A DNA stretch of 63,949 nt, the filler included, from Pelomyxa schiedti (taxonomy: Eukaryota; Protista; Evosea), in the NCBI GenBank assembly GCA_020536535.1. It is 5 parts of 5 records of this genome, joined end to end, with 100 filler letters (N's around TTAATTAATTAA, not from the genome) between each part and the next. Parts side by side here need not be neighbours in the genome. Positions count along the whole stretch, not along the records: positions 43,733 to 55,558 come from JAHLWZ010001232.1; positions 55,659 to 61,876 come from JAHLWZ010000737.1; 3 more parts are not named here. One strand, written 5' to 3'. The notes under the pieces were generated by a model. That model ran no database searches and had not been told where the DNA came from. It saw nothing but the letters and a program-made list of their open reading frames with translations. The translations under genes were made by a program, and so were the position numbers. Position 1 is the first letter of the stretch, and every line of letters begins with the position of its first letter. Shown here in pieces: positions 46,701 through 59,391 of this stretch.

Positions 46701-49468
46701 ACAAAGAGCAGGAATAAGATGCAAGGCAGCTCGCTCAATCAGTACATCTCGAAACCTGAGATTGTTAATATCAAGTAGTGGCAATCCCTCTTACGTTTGG
46801 AAGCTTTTTTTACGTCCATCACTGAAAGTGAGGGCATTAAGTGACTGCCAGATCTTTAAAACGGGTTGGCTTTATTTTGATAGGTAAGATATCATTCACC
46901 TTCCAAGAAATTGAGGGGGGTGGGGGAATCAAGAGGCGAGACAAAAATTGTGAATAAAGATCACTGTTTCAAATTGTGAGAACGTATCAAAAAGGTGAAG
47001 GGTTGATACATTTCCGCTTGTCTTCCTTCTTCAACTTGATTGCACAGGTGTGTGATGATCGCTCCAACATCAACTTGTTTTTGTGCCTTGATTCTGGTTC
47101 AGTAAAATGAGGGTAAAATGGGGAATACTCACGCCAAAGCACTCAACAACCACTTCCTTGACAAACTTCATGCACATTTTCTCTGTGAACAATTTGGATC
47201 TTCTCAAATCAGACAACTGATTGGAAATGACGTTTGACAAATACGACTGTAAAATGTGTCAGTCCACCACCTTGGCTCATTTTGTCTCTAACCTTTAAGT
47301 TTTTAATCACAGCTTCATAGAATGGTTGCCTCTCAAAACCATTTGGCAGTCGAACGAATGAAACAGAGCTGAAGCATTCATGAAGTTTATTCCAGACTTC
47401 ACATGTGCTTGGATCCCCTGTTTGGCTATAAGATAATACATAATTTCCTTGGTCCAAATTTCCTGTAATTGAGTCTGCAAAAAGGCTTGCTTTGAAGTCT
47501 TCGGTGGATTTTGTGATATCCCAGTCGGCAGGTATGGGGCGTACGTCTGGACAAAAGTTCTGAATCAGGACGAGGTGCGGTTTGTGCCCCACAACATCTT
47601 GATCTGCCATCTTACTTGCAAATTGCAAAACACGCTCACTGTATCCCTATTTCAAACCTCAGTCCCTTGTACACTGTCTGTGATGTATAATATTGTTCTA
47701 TCCACCCTCCCTCAAAATAGTTGTTTGTTGCCTTATTTTGAATGGCCTCCCTCGATATATATACGACAACATCAGCCAAAGCATAAACTATCTGTGGAAA
47801 CAGTTGTCTCACTGCTTCCATGCGTTGCTTCAAAAGTTCGTCTACTTTGGCTTGAGCACTGTTTGCATCAGGAAGTATTTGTGAGATTCGGATGATTCTG
47901 CCAAAGTAAAAAAGGGATAAAAAAAAGATATCAGGAAAAACTAACAGATGTACCATGAACGTGTGCACAACACCCTGCATCGCCTTTGGGATGCCACCTT
48001 TCTCACCCTCGACATCCATCAGCAAGATTGGTTGTCCAGTGGAGAGTTCGCCTCGGAATAAATGGATGTTCCCTGTTGTTGATTGCTGCTGATCGTGGGA
48101 TGCAATGATTGGACCTCTGTAGTGAATCTGTAAGAACATTAACGCTTTGCTTCATACTTACTTGTGATCACGTCTGGAAGTAAAAGAAAGAAGTTCATTT
48201 GTGAGGTGGCTCTTCCCAGATCCAGTGTCCCCAATGAAAGATATCACTGGGACGTAGTCTGTTTTACTTGCCTGGCGGAAGAATGAAAACCAATTTGCGC
48301 AGTCAAGGCTTGGCAAAAATGGTTCACTGAAGCCGATTCTGATGAGTCCCAACTGGAACTTTTAAATAAAGAAAGGAAAAAGAGGAGAAAACTTGAGCAT
48401 CGGTCAATTCTGTGGTTGGGGTTAAACTTTGTATTTACAAACAAGCACTCAAACCTGTATTTCTTGTTGTTGGAAACTTGGCCTCCTGTGATGTCCCACG
48501 AAGTGTTACTATCAAAGGATAAAGTCTCATTGTTCTCGAAAGCGGAATTGATGCCGTCATCGTGCTCAGGTCAGTTCGGAGCAGAACTAACAATCCACTG
48601 CCATTGATTCCATTTTTCTGTGACCAATGAAAAGGGGGACCACACAAAAGGCAACAAACTTCGAAAATGGGACAAAAATCAGAAAACTCTTTCTCCTTGA
48701 GCCAATTTGCAACGTCATCAACAGTCCACGAGGACACAGGCTTCTGGGTCAAGTTCTGCTGCTTCTTTTTTTTTTTTTTTTTTTTGTTAGTGTTGGAAGC
48801 AAAACGGCAGCGCCGCATACAGGGAGACGCAATTTCAGCTCGTTCTGCTGATCTTGGTTCAGTCCGGGTATATCATCCAGACTGTTGTCGGCAGCAAGGG
48901 TTTCCAGAGACGCCTTGTCGGTGCCCGCCTGTTTCAGAACCAGGAACGTGCTCTGTGACACCCCGTTCGACTTGACGAATTCCCTGAGCTCCAACTCGGC
49001 CGCTGTGAGCTCCCCGTCAACTTCGTCGTCCCAAGTTGGAGGCGGCGAAGGCGTCGCCGGCGGCGGCCTGGGGCTCTCTGTGATCGACGAGCTCGGGTTC
49101 ACCCGGGCTGCGGCCGCATCGACTTCAGTCTCGTAAGGAGTCGGCTCGGTGTTGGTGGCGGTGGTGGTGCCGGTGGTGGGCACTGTGACTGTTTATGTGA
49201 CGGACGCGGAAGATGCAGATGGTGGTGGGCTGGACGGGCCACCGACGGGGTCTGAAGGCAGGGGACGGAGGTCCCCGCGCTCCACGCCGGCCCATAATTG
49301 AGGAGTCACACCGGGCCAGGCTTCTAAACCGGGGTGAGCCTCCAGCTGACCTGTCGCAGATTGGCTAGTTGCTAGTGGGGGAGGTGTTTGTTCAGGTACG
49401 AAAGGTGGGGGCGCCTGTTGTTGGCGCTGCGGTTCCGTCGGCGACGGCGTGCTGTAGGTTCCCCCCAT
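43733..49468 (-). pseudogene. SAM-SAM / P-loop GTPase-like / RING-like / patatin-like multidomain gene, copy 1 (in-frame TAA and late frameshift)
   Basis: MGGTYS start; WTVDDVANWL..NGINGSGLL; ISFIGDTGSGKS (48209-48232); LLMDVEGEKGG; CLLC..CSERHTWVCSSC..CPVC; VLSLDGGGGVRG; FDLVGGVGTGG; YFRLNP; TAA at 49193-49195; 1-nt deletion at ~43995 relative to the paralog. Confidence 0.75.
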
Positions 49469-49699
49469 CCCTCTGTTAGGCGTTCTTGGAAACCGACAAG
49501 AAGCATTTCGAAGAGACGCACCCAACTTGTCAAACCGAGTTGGGCAATAGAAGAGAAAGCATGTACTGACAATACAATGCCACTCTGACCTTCACAGAAA
49601 AATTCTCATAGGACACTGTCAGGAACAAGGAGTCGAAGTTCTGTTCGTACATAGAAGAGACTTTTTTTTAGGAAGATGAGCTTAGCAAAATTCAACCAC

Positions 49700-52600
49700 A
49701 GGACGGAACCGGCATTCAGATATCGGGGTTCCTTCAGCAGGTGGGACGTGGGCTAGAAACACACAGCCAATGGGTGGTGACGGTGGCTTCAAATCAAAGA
49801 TGTAAGGGACATTGCAATAGGACACCAAAACAACACGGAAATTCCACACGTGACACAGACCAGCTAAGAGATAGAGTGGGGGAACTTCTGATGGCTTTGT
49901 CCAGCGCCAATTTCCGACCTGTTCAAGGTTTTAGGGTCAACCCGAATTATGAGAGGCTAACGTGTTTGGGGGAGAAGGTCTTATGAAGCCACTGGAGTGC
50001 ACACTTCGAGGCATATGTTCCAAAATCTTGATTAGACCACGCACACAGGGTGAATGCTGCCTCAAGTGACAGGGGTGGGCTCTGGAGTGAAGAAGCTGAG
50101 CCCTTAAGCGATGTGGTCTGGCCTTCCATTGAAACTTTCAACCCCAGTTGTGAGAGTCTTTTGTTCAAATCAGGCACAGGTGTAGGGCATGGGCGCACAA
50201 GATGAAAGTCCAGAGCATCCAGGGGGTCCATGTGAGATGTGATTTCTATACAGCAGGTTCTAACCTCTTCAGAGGTTATCTCGAATGCTGGATGTCATGT
50301 TAGGGACAAAAAGAAATAGATTAAAACCTTTCAGTTTACTGAGCGGATTTCCAGGCCTTGCTGTTTCAATCACGATAGGGGATCCGCCAATCGGAAATTT
50401 GGGAGAGGGCCCACCAAACGGAAATTGAATGGGCACTCCAACTGGGAAGTTCGGGGACAGTAGATGGGATACACTAGAAGCCTCGTCGATAACAGACACA
50501 TGAATGTGGCAACTTCCCACGCCAACTTCCCAAGTGTAAGTCCCAACCTGGTGGGTGTTAAGTTTGTGCATTCCTCTCCCAGAGCATACGAGATATGGAT
50601 TGCTTCCTTCAGATATTTCCACTAAAGGCTGATTGAACTTACTTCCAACTTGAGAGTCATATATAATGGAAAATTGAATGTGAAGATCTACATGATGAAC
50701 TCATTAAGATGACGAAGGGACCTGCACACCATTGGTGAATAATGTGCTGCCTTTTTTCACTGTTGAAAACAGGTTTGGACTCCTTGATTTTACTTCCAGG
50801 TGTGCCTTATCTCCAGGAAATAAAGGAATGGTCATATCTGATTCCAGGTTGCATTCCATGTATAAGCCTTGTAAACGTCAGACAGGAGCAGATGGTGCAC
50901 ACTCCACATACTTTTCGCAAGTAAATTGAGGCACATCTCTTTGAACATAGAAGATGCACCCAAGTATTCCTTGGGCGCTGCAATGAGATTGTCAATGTTC
51001 CCGGCATCATCTGGATCACAGTTAAAAGAAAGTGGTGGATTCAGTCTATAATAGGGTGTCGGTTCTCGGCTTGCCAATGTATTGTGCACGGCCTCAGGAT
51101 CGGGCATTGCTATAAAAATATATCAAGCCATTTTTATGAAATATCAATACCAGAAAATAAATCCAAAGCACTTTGTCAAGGCTGTAAGCCAGTGCCAAGG
51201 GAAACAAGGATTCCTTGTGGAACCTTCCAAATTGCTTCACATTCTTGCAAAGAAACCTGCACTTGTGAGACATCCTTATTTGTTCTCAGTACTGACTTCA
51301 GAAGGGTTGCTGATGCAGTCTGAACCATCATAGTAAGATCCCATCCCTTATATTCGTAACCTTTCCGTGTTTATTGGACCGTTTATACCAACTTCAACAG
51401 GATCAAAGTAATAACAACTGGCTGATGAGGCACCTGCTGCAGTGCGGATCAGAGTAGCTTCTTTTCAGTCTTCTACAAACTCAATCTTCTCTGGGATAGA
51501 GACGTGGTAGGTAGTGAAAAGAACCAGCTGTCCAGCCTTGTCAGGTCTTCCAATGACAAAGATCTGTTTTACTTCAGGATGACCGGTAAAGTGGGTTCAC
51601 AACAAAAACCTTGCAACCATCTGGATTACCATGCATCGAAGCATCGCCAAACATTTTCAGCAGGGCTGTATCCAGTCCAGTTCGGTCATACCAGTTATTG
51701 AAATACATGCCGATAAATTTCGCCACTTTGTAGGACTTTGTGTAAAATCCTGGATAGTCAACAGAGTAGAACTGAAACAATGTGTCGATGTCAACGATGC
51801 CAGAACCAAGAGCAAGTGCTGTGATTCCACCAGTTCCAACACCTCCCACCAAGTCAAACAGCTGTGACAGTTTCTGTTCGTAGTGTGGGAGGTTAGCAAC
51901 TTTGAGAGGAGAGAAAGCATATATACGAACCGTGAGGTTCATCTGTTGCATGATGTGTTGCAACATCACAACTTGAACGATCCCACGAACACCTCCTCCG
52001 CCGTCAAGTGAAAGCACCCTTGGTTGTGCTCTTGCTGGGAGCTTGTTCAAATTCCAAACTATATTCAAATTTAAGGAATTCAGTACAGCAAAGAACCTTC
52101 ACCTATCACGGAGACTGGGATTTTGCAAACGGGGCAAAAAACTAGATTGTTACCTTTTCTGGGAAGTCGTTCGATACACGAACTGCAAACCCAGGTGTGT
52201 CTCTCAGAGCACTCAAGAACAGGCGAGAGTGGTTCGTGAAGGCAGAGGACACACCTCTCTGGTTTAACAAATTCGGATTCAAAGAACTTAAGGGCAAGGG
52301 CATAACACAATGAGATTGTGTCCTCCTTTGGAATCTGTTCTCAGAGTCAAGGGAAAGGTTTGCAAATATGAATGGTACCTGAATGTATTTTTTCATTTTG
52401 GAGATAAGCTCAGTGGAGATGTCAAAATCTTTCTCTTCACATATAAAGTCACCAGTTTGCTGGCTCACAGTGATCAAAATGCCCACAGACATCAGTCTAT
52501 GACCATCCTTGTGGTTTGCAAGTGTATGAATGCACACTGCGTTGTTGGCCTTAAATTCACAAGGCTGGTACATTGAAAGAACAGTCTTAAGGTCGCAACA

Positions 52601-55121
52601 GAACGAGTCCTGGATGGCTCTTTGGGCAGTTGGGTTGTCCAACTTACTGTTGTTAAACATATAAAAAGAAGGTTAAAAGATACATCATGAGCAGTGGTTA
52701 TATTCAATTCCCGGAGAGCAGGTATGAGATGCAAGGCAGTCCGTTCAATTAGAACTGACCGGAATCTGTATTTATGTAAATCGTATGACAATCTAATCTC
52801 TTACTTTTGAAAATTTGTTTTTCTTTGATTCATGAATTCAAGTGCTTGAAGTCTTCCCCGCAAAATCTGGAACAGATTTACTATTGGTATCTTGTTTGAT
52901 AATTTTTACCGTACACCAAGTAATTGAGGGAGGGGGGGTGATCAAGAGACGTGTGAAAACTGGGAAAAAAAATCACTTTGAAATAATGAGAACTGCATCA
53001 AAGAGAGGGGGGGTGCATTTCTGCTTTTCTTCCTTCTTCAATTTGATTGCACAGATGTGTGATGATGGCTCTAACATCAACTTGTTTTTGTGCCTTTGGT
53101 GTTTAGGTGAAATTGAGAAGAATGGAGATGAAAGAATGGAGGACACTCACAGCAAAGTAATCAACAATCACCTTATATACAAATTTCATATACATTCTCT
53201 CTGTAAACAATTTGGATACTCTCAATGCAGATAGTTGATTGGAAAAAATATTTGCCAAATGTGACTGCAGTCACATTAGGTAGCTCAATTCAATTGGATT
53301 GCACCCTCACCTTCAAGTTTTCAATGACATATTCATAGAACTTTGGTTTCTCAAAAGCATTTGGCAATCGCACAAATGTAACAGAACTGAAGCATTTGTT
53401 GAGTGCCTTCCAGACTTCACATGTACTGCTGTCCCCTGTTTGGCAATAAAAAGGAGGAAATGTTTTTTTTTGTTCAAGGTTCCTGTCACAGAATCTGTAA
53501 AAAGACTTGTGTTGAAGTCTTCAGTTGATTTTTTAATGTCCCATTCAGTATATTTTGGGCGAACATCTGGACAAAAGTTCTGAATCAGGATGAGGTGTGG
53601 CTTGTGCCCAACAACATCTTGATTTGCCATACAACTTGCAAATCGCAAAACACGCTCAGTGTATCCCTAAATACAAATGGTGACACTGTGTTTTGATGGA
53701 AGTTTCACCCCCACCCACTTTTTAAATTTGTAACCTTGTTTTGAATGGCATCTCTTGATATATACATAACAACATCAGATAAGGCATAAACTATCTGTGG
53801 AAACTGTTGTCTCACTGCTTCCATGCGCTTTTCCAGAAGTTTATCCACTTCAGCTTGTGCACTATTTGCATCAGGTAGCATTTGTGATAAACGGGTGAAT
53901 AGACGAGTCTGACATAAGAGAGGTATGTGAGTCAAAGGATAATCATAATTTAAAAATGCTGAATTTAAGGAAATTCCGATATTTTTTTTTCAGGTTTTAC
54001 CATGAAGTTCTGAACAACACCCTGCATTGCCTTGGGGATTCCACCTTTCTCACCCTCGACATCCATCAGCAACACAGATATTACCTGTTGGGCAGTGGAG
54101 AGTTCACCTCGAAACAGGTGTATATTCCCCGTTGTTGGTTGCTGTTGATTGTGCGATGCTATGATTGGTCCTCTGGGGTGCATTAGTAGGATTCAGCTTG
54201 GATTTGGTCACACTTGTGATCACGCCTGGAAACGAAAGGGAGGAATTCATTTGTGAGGTGACTCTTCCCAGATCCAGTGTCACCAATTAAAGCAATCACT
54301 GGTACATAGTTCGTTCGACTTGCCTGCCCATATAACAAGAACCAACTTGGACAATCAAGTGAGGGAAGAAAGGGTCAGTGAAACCAATTCTGATGAGTCC
54401 CAACTGTATGAAAAGTTTAGAAGTGAAGATAAGAAAGGGGGAGAGGTAAACAACTTGACTGTTGGGAAAATCTAGAGAGGTGTTAATGTTTTCATTCCCT
54501 TTCTCATTCCCCCACACCTGTGTTCGCGGTTGGAAACTTGGCTTCCTGATATGCACCACGGAGTTCAATTATGAGAGAATAAAGCTTGATGGTTTTAGTG
54601 ACAAGCCCAGGGCCCAATATGTGTTCTAGGTCACTTCGCAGCAGCACCAACAGCCCAGAGCCATTGATTTTATTTTCCTGAGGATACGATCAAAAGTGAT
54701 TTTAAAAAGGATGCAACAAACCACGAAGTGGGGGCAAAATTCAGCAAAGCCTTTCTCCTTGAGCCAGGCAGTGACCTCATCAATTGTCCACGAGGACACA
54801 GGCTTCATATCTTCTTCCTCTTGCTATTTTGTGGGGGTATTAGTCCCAGAATAACCACATCCAGAAAAATATATATTGTGGGAGGGCAACAGGTAGGCGC
54901 GACGTCAACTCTCGCTGCTGGTCCTCACTTAGCATTGTGCTAACTGCCAGCCTATTCGAAGCCACAACGGTTGTCAGATCTTCCTTGCTGTGGATGCCAG
55001 AATCCCTCAGCAGCGCATGAAACGTGCTCTGCGATACCCCCGACGTCCTGAGGTACTCCCTGAGCTCCGCTTCCGGCGGCGTCAGCTCCCCGTCGCTTTG
55101 CTCAACCCAAGGCGGCGCACC
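49700..55121 (-). pseudogene. Same multidomain gene, copy 2 (in-frame TGA in the patatin domain; ends approximate)
   Basis: Colinear exons: DGELTPPEAELREYL; WTIDEVTAWL; LIGDTGSGKS; LLMDVEGEKGG; CVLC..CPVC; LSLDGGGGVRG; FDLVGGVGTGG; TGA at 51465-51467 aligns with Tyr in copy 1. Confidence 0.75.
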
Positions 55122-55327
55122 CTAACTCCAAAAATTTCCCAATTTGCGCGTCAAATCTGAACCAAAGTGGGTATCCAAATTGCTTAACTAGTGCACACTT
55201 TGGACAAAGTGGAGGGATTTCAAAGTGGCACCGCTTTGAGCATTCTCAAATCAGGCACAAATTGGGGATTTTCCCAGGTTGCCTACAAATTGGAAGACAT
55301 AATTATTTTTTTTTTCCCCGGACACCT

Positions 55328-55360
55328 GTGTGGTTGCGTGGTTGCGTGGTTGCGTGGTTG
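55328..55360. repeat. (GTGGTTGC)4 minisatellite
   Basis: Read directly from the sequence. Confidence 0.85.
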
Positions 55361-55558
55361 CTAGCTGGTGGTCCAGTAACAGAGAGGCTGTCACGGTTGT
55401 ACTCTACAAAATAATTAAAATAAAATAAGATATGCACAAAGAACAAACCTGCAGGCAGACTCTCTTGCTCTTTGGCAAAGGTGCTTACATCAAATAATTG
55501 TCATGCGAACCTGTGTGGATGTTAGAAGCAGAAAGCCAATAAAAAGGACAAACCAAGT

Positions 55559-55658
55559 NNNNNNNNNNNNNNNNNNNNNNNNNNNNNNNNNNNNNNNNNN
55601 NNTTAATTAATTAANNNNNNNNNNNNNNNNNNNNNNNNNNNNNNNNNNNNNNNNNNNN
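55559..55658. other. Artificial contig linker
   Basis: N44-TTAATTAATTAA-N44. Confidence 0.97.
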
Positions 55659-56430
55659 ATTGTCTTTTACAACAGTTGTTGGTTTTGGAGGAATGAAGTC
55701 AGTGAGTCTCCGTTGCTTCTTTCCTCTGGGCTGTTCAAAGGGTGTTGTGCTCTAAAACCAAATCAATCAAAAAAAAAAAGAAAACTCTGTCACACAAAGT
55801 TATATAGAAGTTTCCACTTTACGATCGCATTAGAATATGACTAATATATATATATTGCTTTACAACATACATACCTGCAAGTGAGGGGTTTTGTTACGTG
55901 CAGCAGTTGCATCAAAGTAAGCATTCAAAAGCCTGCCCAAACTGGCTTCATCAACGATTTCACAATCGACATCAATTACATCCACAATTTGTTGCTGTTG
56001 GTGCACGCCGCTAATTTTTTGCTTGTTTTTTTGGTGTGAGGAAGCTGATGATGGTGGTGGTGGAGGATTGTGACAGTATTGCTGTACAAGCCTCCTAGCA
56101 AGCTCAACGTCTAATAGACATTAGTTTGTCTCATAGGAAGTAGTTGCGCGAAAAACGAGTGTGCATAGGGAAAAACGAGAGATTGACTGTCCAGCGGAAC
56201 GCGTACCCAAGTTGGCTTCGCCTATTATTTCGCGCAGGGCATTCATGTCGACGACCGGGTTGGAGCGGCACGTTTAGTGTTTGATTAGCATCTGGTGATG
56301 ATACGTTCGGCTTCTGTGAATCCCTTTTTGATCAAAAAGACAAGGTGCGAAGTGCTGCACCCAAAACTAAGTTGTTTGCAGAAAAAGTGAAAAAAAGTCC
56401 AAAAGGGAAGTAATTTGCATAGCCACCACA

Positions 56431-59226
56431 TCACTCCTTTGTTTCACTCTTCCAGTATCCTGTTCCATACCTTTTGTGAAGTGATTCAAGTGGGAATGGA
56501 ATGGAATACACACAACATATCAGCACGAGGGTATTTCTCCCTCATCACAGGGCCACAATCTTTGCCCAGGGTGCACACAATCACTGACGAGTTGATAATC
56601 ACACTGTGATCGGGTTCCTGTTCCATAATTTTAGCGGTTTGGTGAAAATTGAAGGGGCAGGCAAACGCATACCTGAGGACCACCCTCAAGAACAAAGTTA
56701 TAAAGGGTTCCAACATCGGCAACAACACGCAACACAGCGTCCTTGTGATCACATGCCCGAACCCACTCCCCTGTTTCTGTGTGTGTTGTTGTTGCCGGTC
56801 GTTTGATGAGATTATGATTTCTTGTTATTGGGTACTATTATTATTGTGATTATTTATTTTTGATGGATGGTAATCAAAAAGGTACCTCCACAATGTCCAT
56901 CATCACCATCAGCGGATTGTTGATGTTGATGCTGTTGCCACACAGGGTGGCCTGTTGTGAGTCCGATTCCATTGATGAATGCCAGCCGCATTGGGTTGGT
57001 TCTCGTGGATGACTGTATCAGGGCAACTGCGCGGCCCCGGTTGTTCTCAGTCATCACACAGTCTCCCGGTTGGATATTGCTGACTGCCCTGTGTGTGTGG
57101 TGAGTATGTTATGGTGGTGTTATTGCGAGGTTTGTATCAGTAGATGCCATGCCAATCAGGAGAAATTTGTGTGGGATGGGAACAATTTGGAGAGAAAAAA
57201 GCGGTGTAGAAGAAGGGGGAAGGAAATTACTTTGTTGTGCCATCAGACATGAGAACTCTGCCATCACCAAGGAAGCATGATGGGGGTTCCGGACCCTGTT
57301 GTGAGTGAGTGGTGACGGTAAGGTGGACCTGATCGTTTGGGAGGTGTGAGAAGAGTGGATGGTACACACACAGTGTAAGGTGAAACCGGACCGATCGGAA
57401 CCAACGGCGATGGATTCTTCCACGCAGGGATGCCTGTTTCGGGAAGGGTCAGGTCAACACAAGGAATTGTGCGTTGTTTGTTTATTTATTGGAGTGTGTG
57501 CGTACACAATGCCTTCAAGCCGGTTCCCCCGTGCAATTCAACGGGAANNNNNNNNNNNNNNNNNNNNNNNNNNNNNNNNNNNNNNNNNNNNNNNNNNNNN
57601 NNNNNNNNNNNNNNNNNNNNNNNNNNNNNNNNNNNNNNNNNNNNNNNGATGAGAGTAAGATACTTGCAATATGAACTGTGATGGTATCGCACTTGTGGAA
57701 AACGTCCTTGTGGGGGCAATTCCTTCCAAATCTTCGTTGCCAGATTGAACTCTGTTGTGGTGATGTGAACTCCTTTCAAGGAATAGAATGGGAATTGGGC
57801 ATGAACCATAAAAGCCATCAGTGGCCACTCCTGCAACAGATCCACCAAACAAATACAGTTTGTTGTCGTGACTGGCAAATTTTGATTAGGGAAGGTGGCT
57901 ATCCAAGGGGGGATCACACATACATCACAAGAGTTCCACCGTAACTCTGTGGTGGGAGTTTTGGATTTACTGGCACAATGATGTCCAAACGGGACGTGGT
58001 TGTGTCAAAGACCATCAATGCACTTACAGCAGGGAGATGAGATGTTCCACCAAAGAAATAAACGAGTTGGCCGTTCATTGCAGTGCAGTATGCCGGAAAC
58101 GGAGGAACTTGCACTTGGCCAGTGATTAATTGCCATCTGGAATCCGGTGATACTGGGAGTTCCAAATAATGGGCATCCAAATAGACTATGTCTTTACTGC
58201 GACCACCAAATAGGTACAGGCGATTCCCACAAACAGCGCAAACATGACCATACCTGTAAAAAAGGAAGGGAATGACTTCAGTGCAACAGATACCATTGAG
58301 AGTCGAAAACACACACGCCGAAGCCACCAGCGAAACCAGTGACCCCAGATAAAGGTTCCCATCTGTCTCCTTGTCTCTCAATTTTTCTCCCGAGAGTGTG
58401 AACGAGCACGTTGAACAACGCATTGCCTCCAGCAGAACTTGTTGCAGTATTGTACTCAAGATAGTAAACAGCTCCAATTCGCTTTGCTTCCTATGTGCGT
58501 GTCATTTATTGTGTGGAATATCGGAGAAAGAAAACCAAATGTTTTGTACCTGGATGCACTGTTGACGCGTAATAGCTACTGGCTTTTCTGGGAGTTCTTT
58601 GATGCCAACAAGAAAAACAGGTGTGAACCGTTTGTTGTTCCAAACCTCTGGGAACCACTGCAGTGTGCATAACTGTTAAATAAAAAAAAAAAAGGTCATC
58701 AGGGGATGGAACCCGGCGTGAAATAGTCTCGAGTGAATAATGGAGTGAGAAGCACAGGACAGCTGCATCAGAGACAGAAGTGTACACCCTTGGTCTTGTC
58801 CAATCACCCCACATGTTGGATACATCTTTTCGTGTGGTGGGAGTTAGTGTGGGGGGGGTGAATTCTCATAGACTGAACAAACTCCCACAAACCATTTAAA
58901 GTGACTGCCACAAGTTCTCCTGAATGCAGCATCATAAGGATAGAAATAACAAAAAAAAAAAAAAAAAAGGACAGAAATCAACCGTTTGACATCCAGTGCA
59001 GGTTCCAGGTGCACCTGCCACCCTCCATGGAGGTGGTCCCACTGCTATATTCACATGGGTTCTGAACTGGTGCATCTGGTCCCTGGTTCAGTCCAACAAG
59101 TTCTCTCACCAGTTGATTCTGCATTTTTTTTAACACAAAAAAACACAAAAAAACAGTGCGCACCCTTCCGGGGCTTTCATCACCCAATACGAGAATTTGT
59201 TTGCCGGCACGCTTGTGTCCTGACAT
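56431..59226 (-). CDS. Degenerate Rho-like GTPase / Kelch / [F-box, mostly in gap] / Hint (Vint-type) protein, copy A; spans the 57548-57647 gap
   Basis: ATG 59226 MSGHKRAGKQILVLGDE; DAAVLCFSL; QWFPEV..TPVFLVGIK; AKRIGAVYYLEY; RYGHVCAVCGNRLYLFGG; VYFFGG; after the gap PSCFLGDGRVLMSDGTTK|AVSNIQPGDCV..GLTTGHPVW..LYNFVL..VCTLGK; TGA at 56431. Confidence 0.75.
57548..57647. other. Scaffold gap (100 N)
   Basis: N run without the linker motif. Confidence 0.95.
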
Positions 59227-59391
59227 GTACACCCACTACCAATGCCGTTTCGGTTTTTTTGTTTTGCTGTCTTTTGGTTTTTGGAAAAAACTCATTTTGA
59301 TCAATCCCACATTCTTGCACAGAGTAGTGATGGTGGGCGATGATGAAATTGTGGGAGTGATCCCAAGGCACAAAAGCATTTTGTTAATCCA

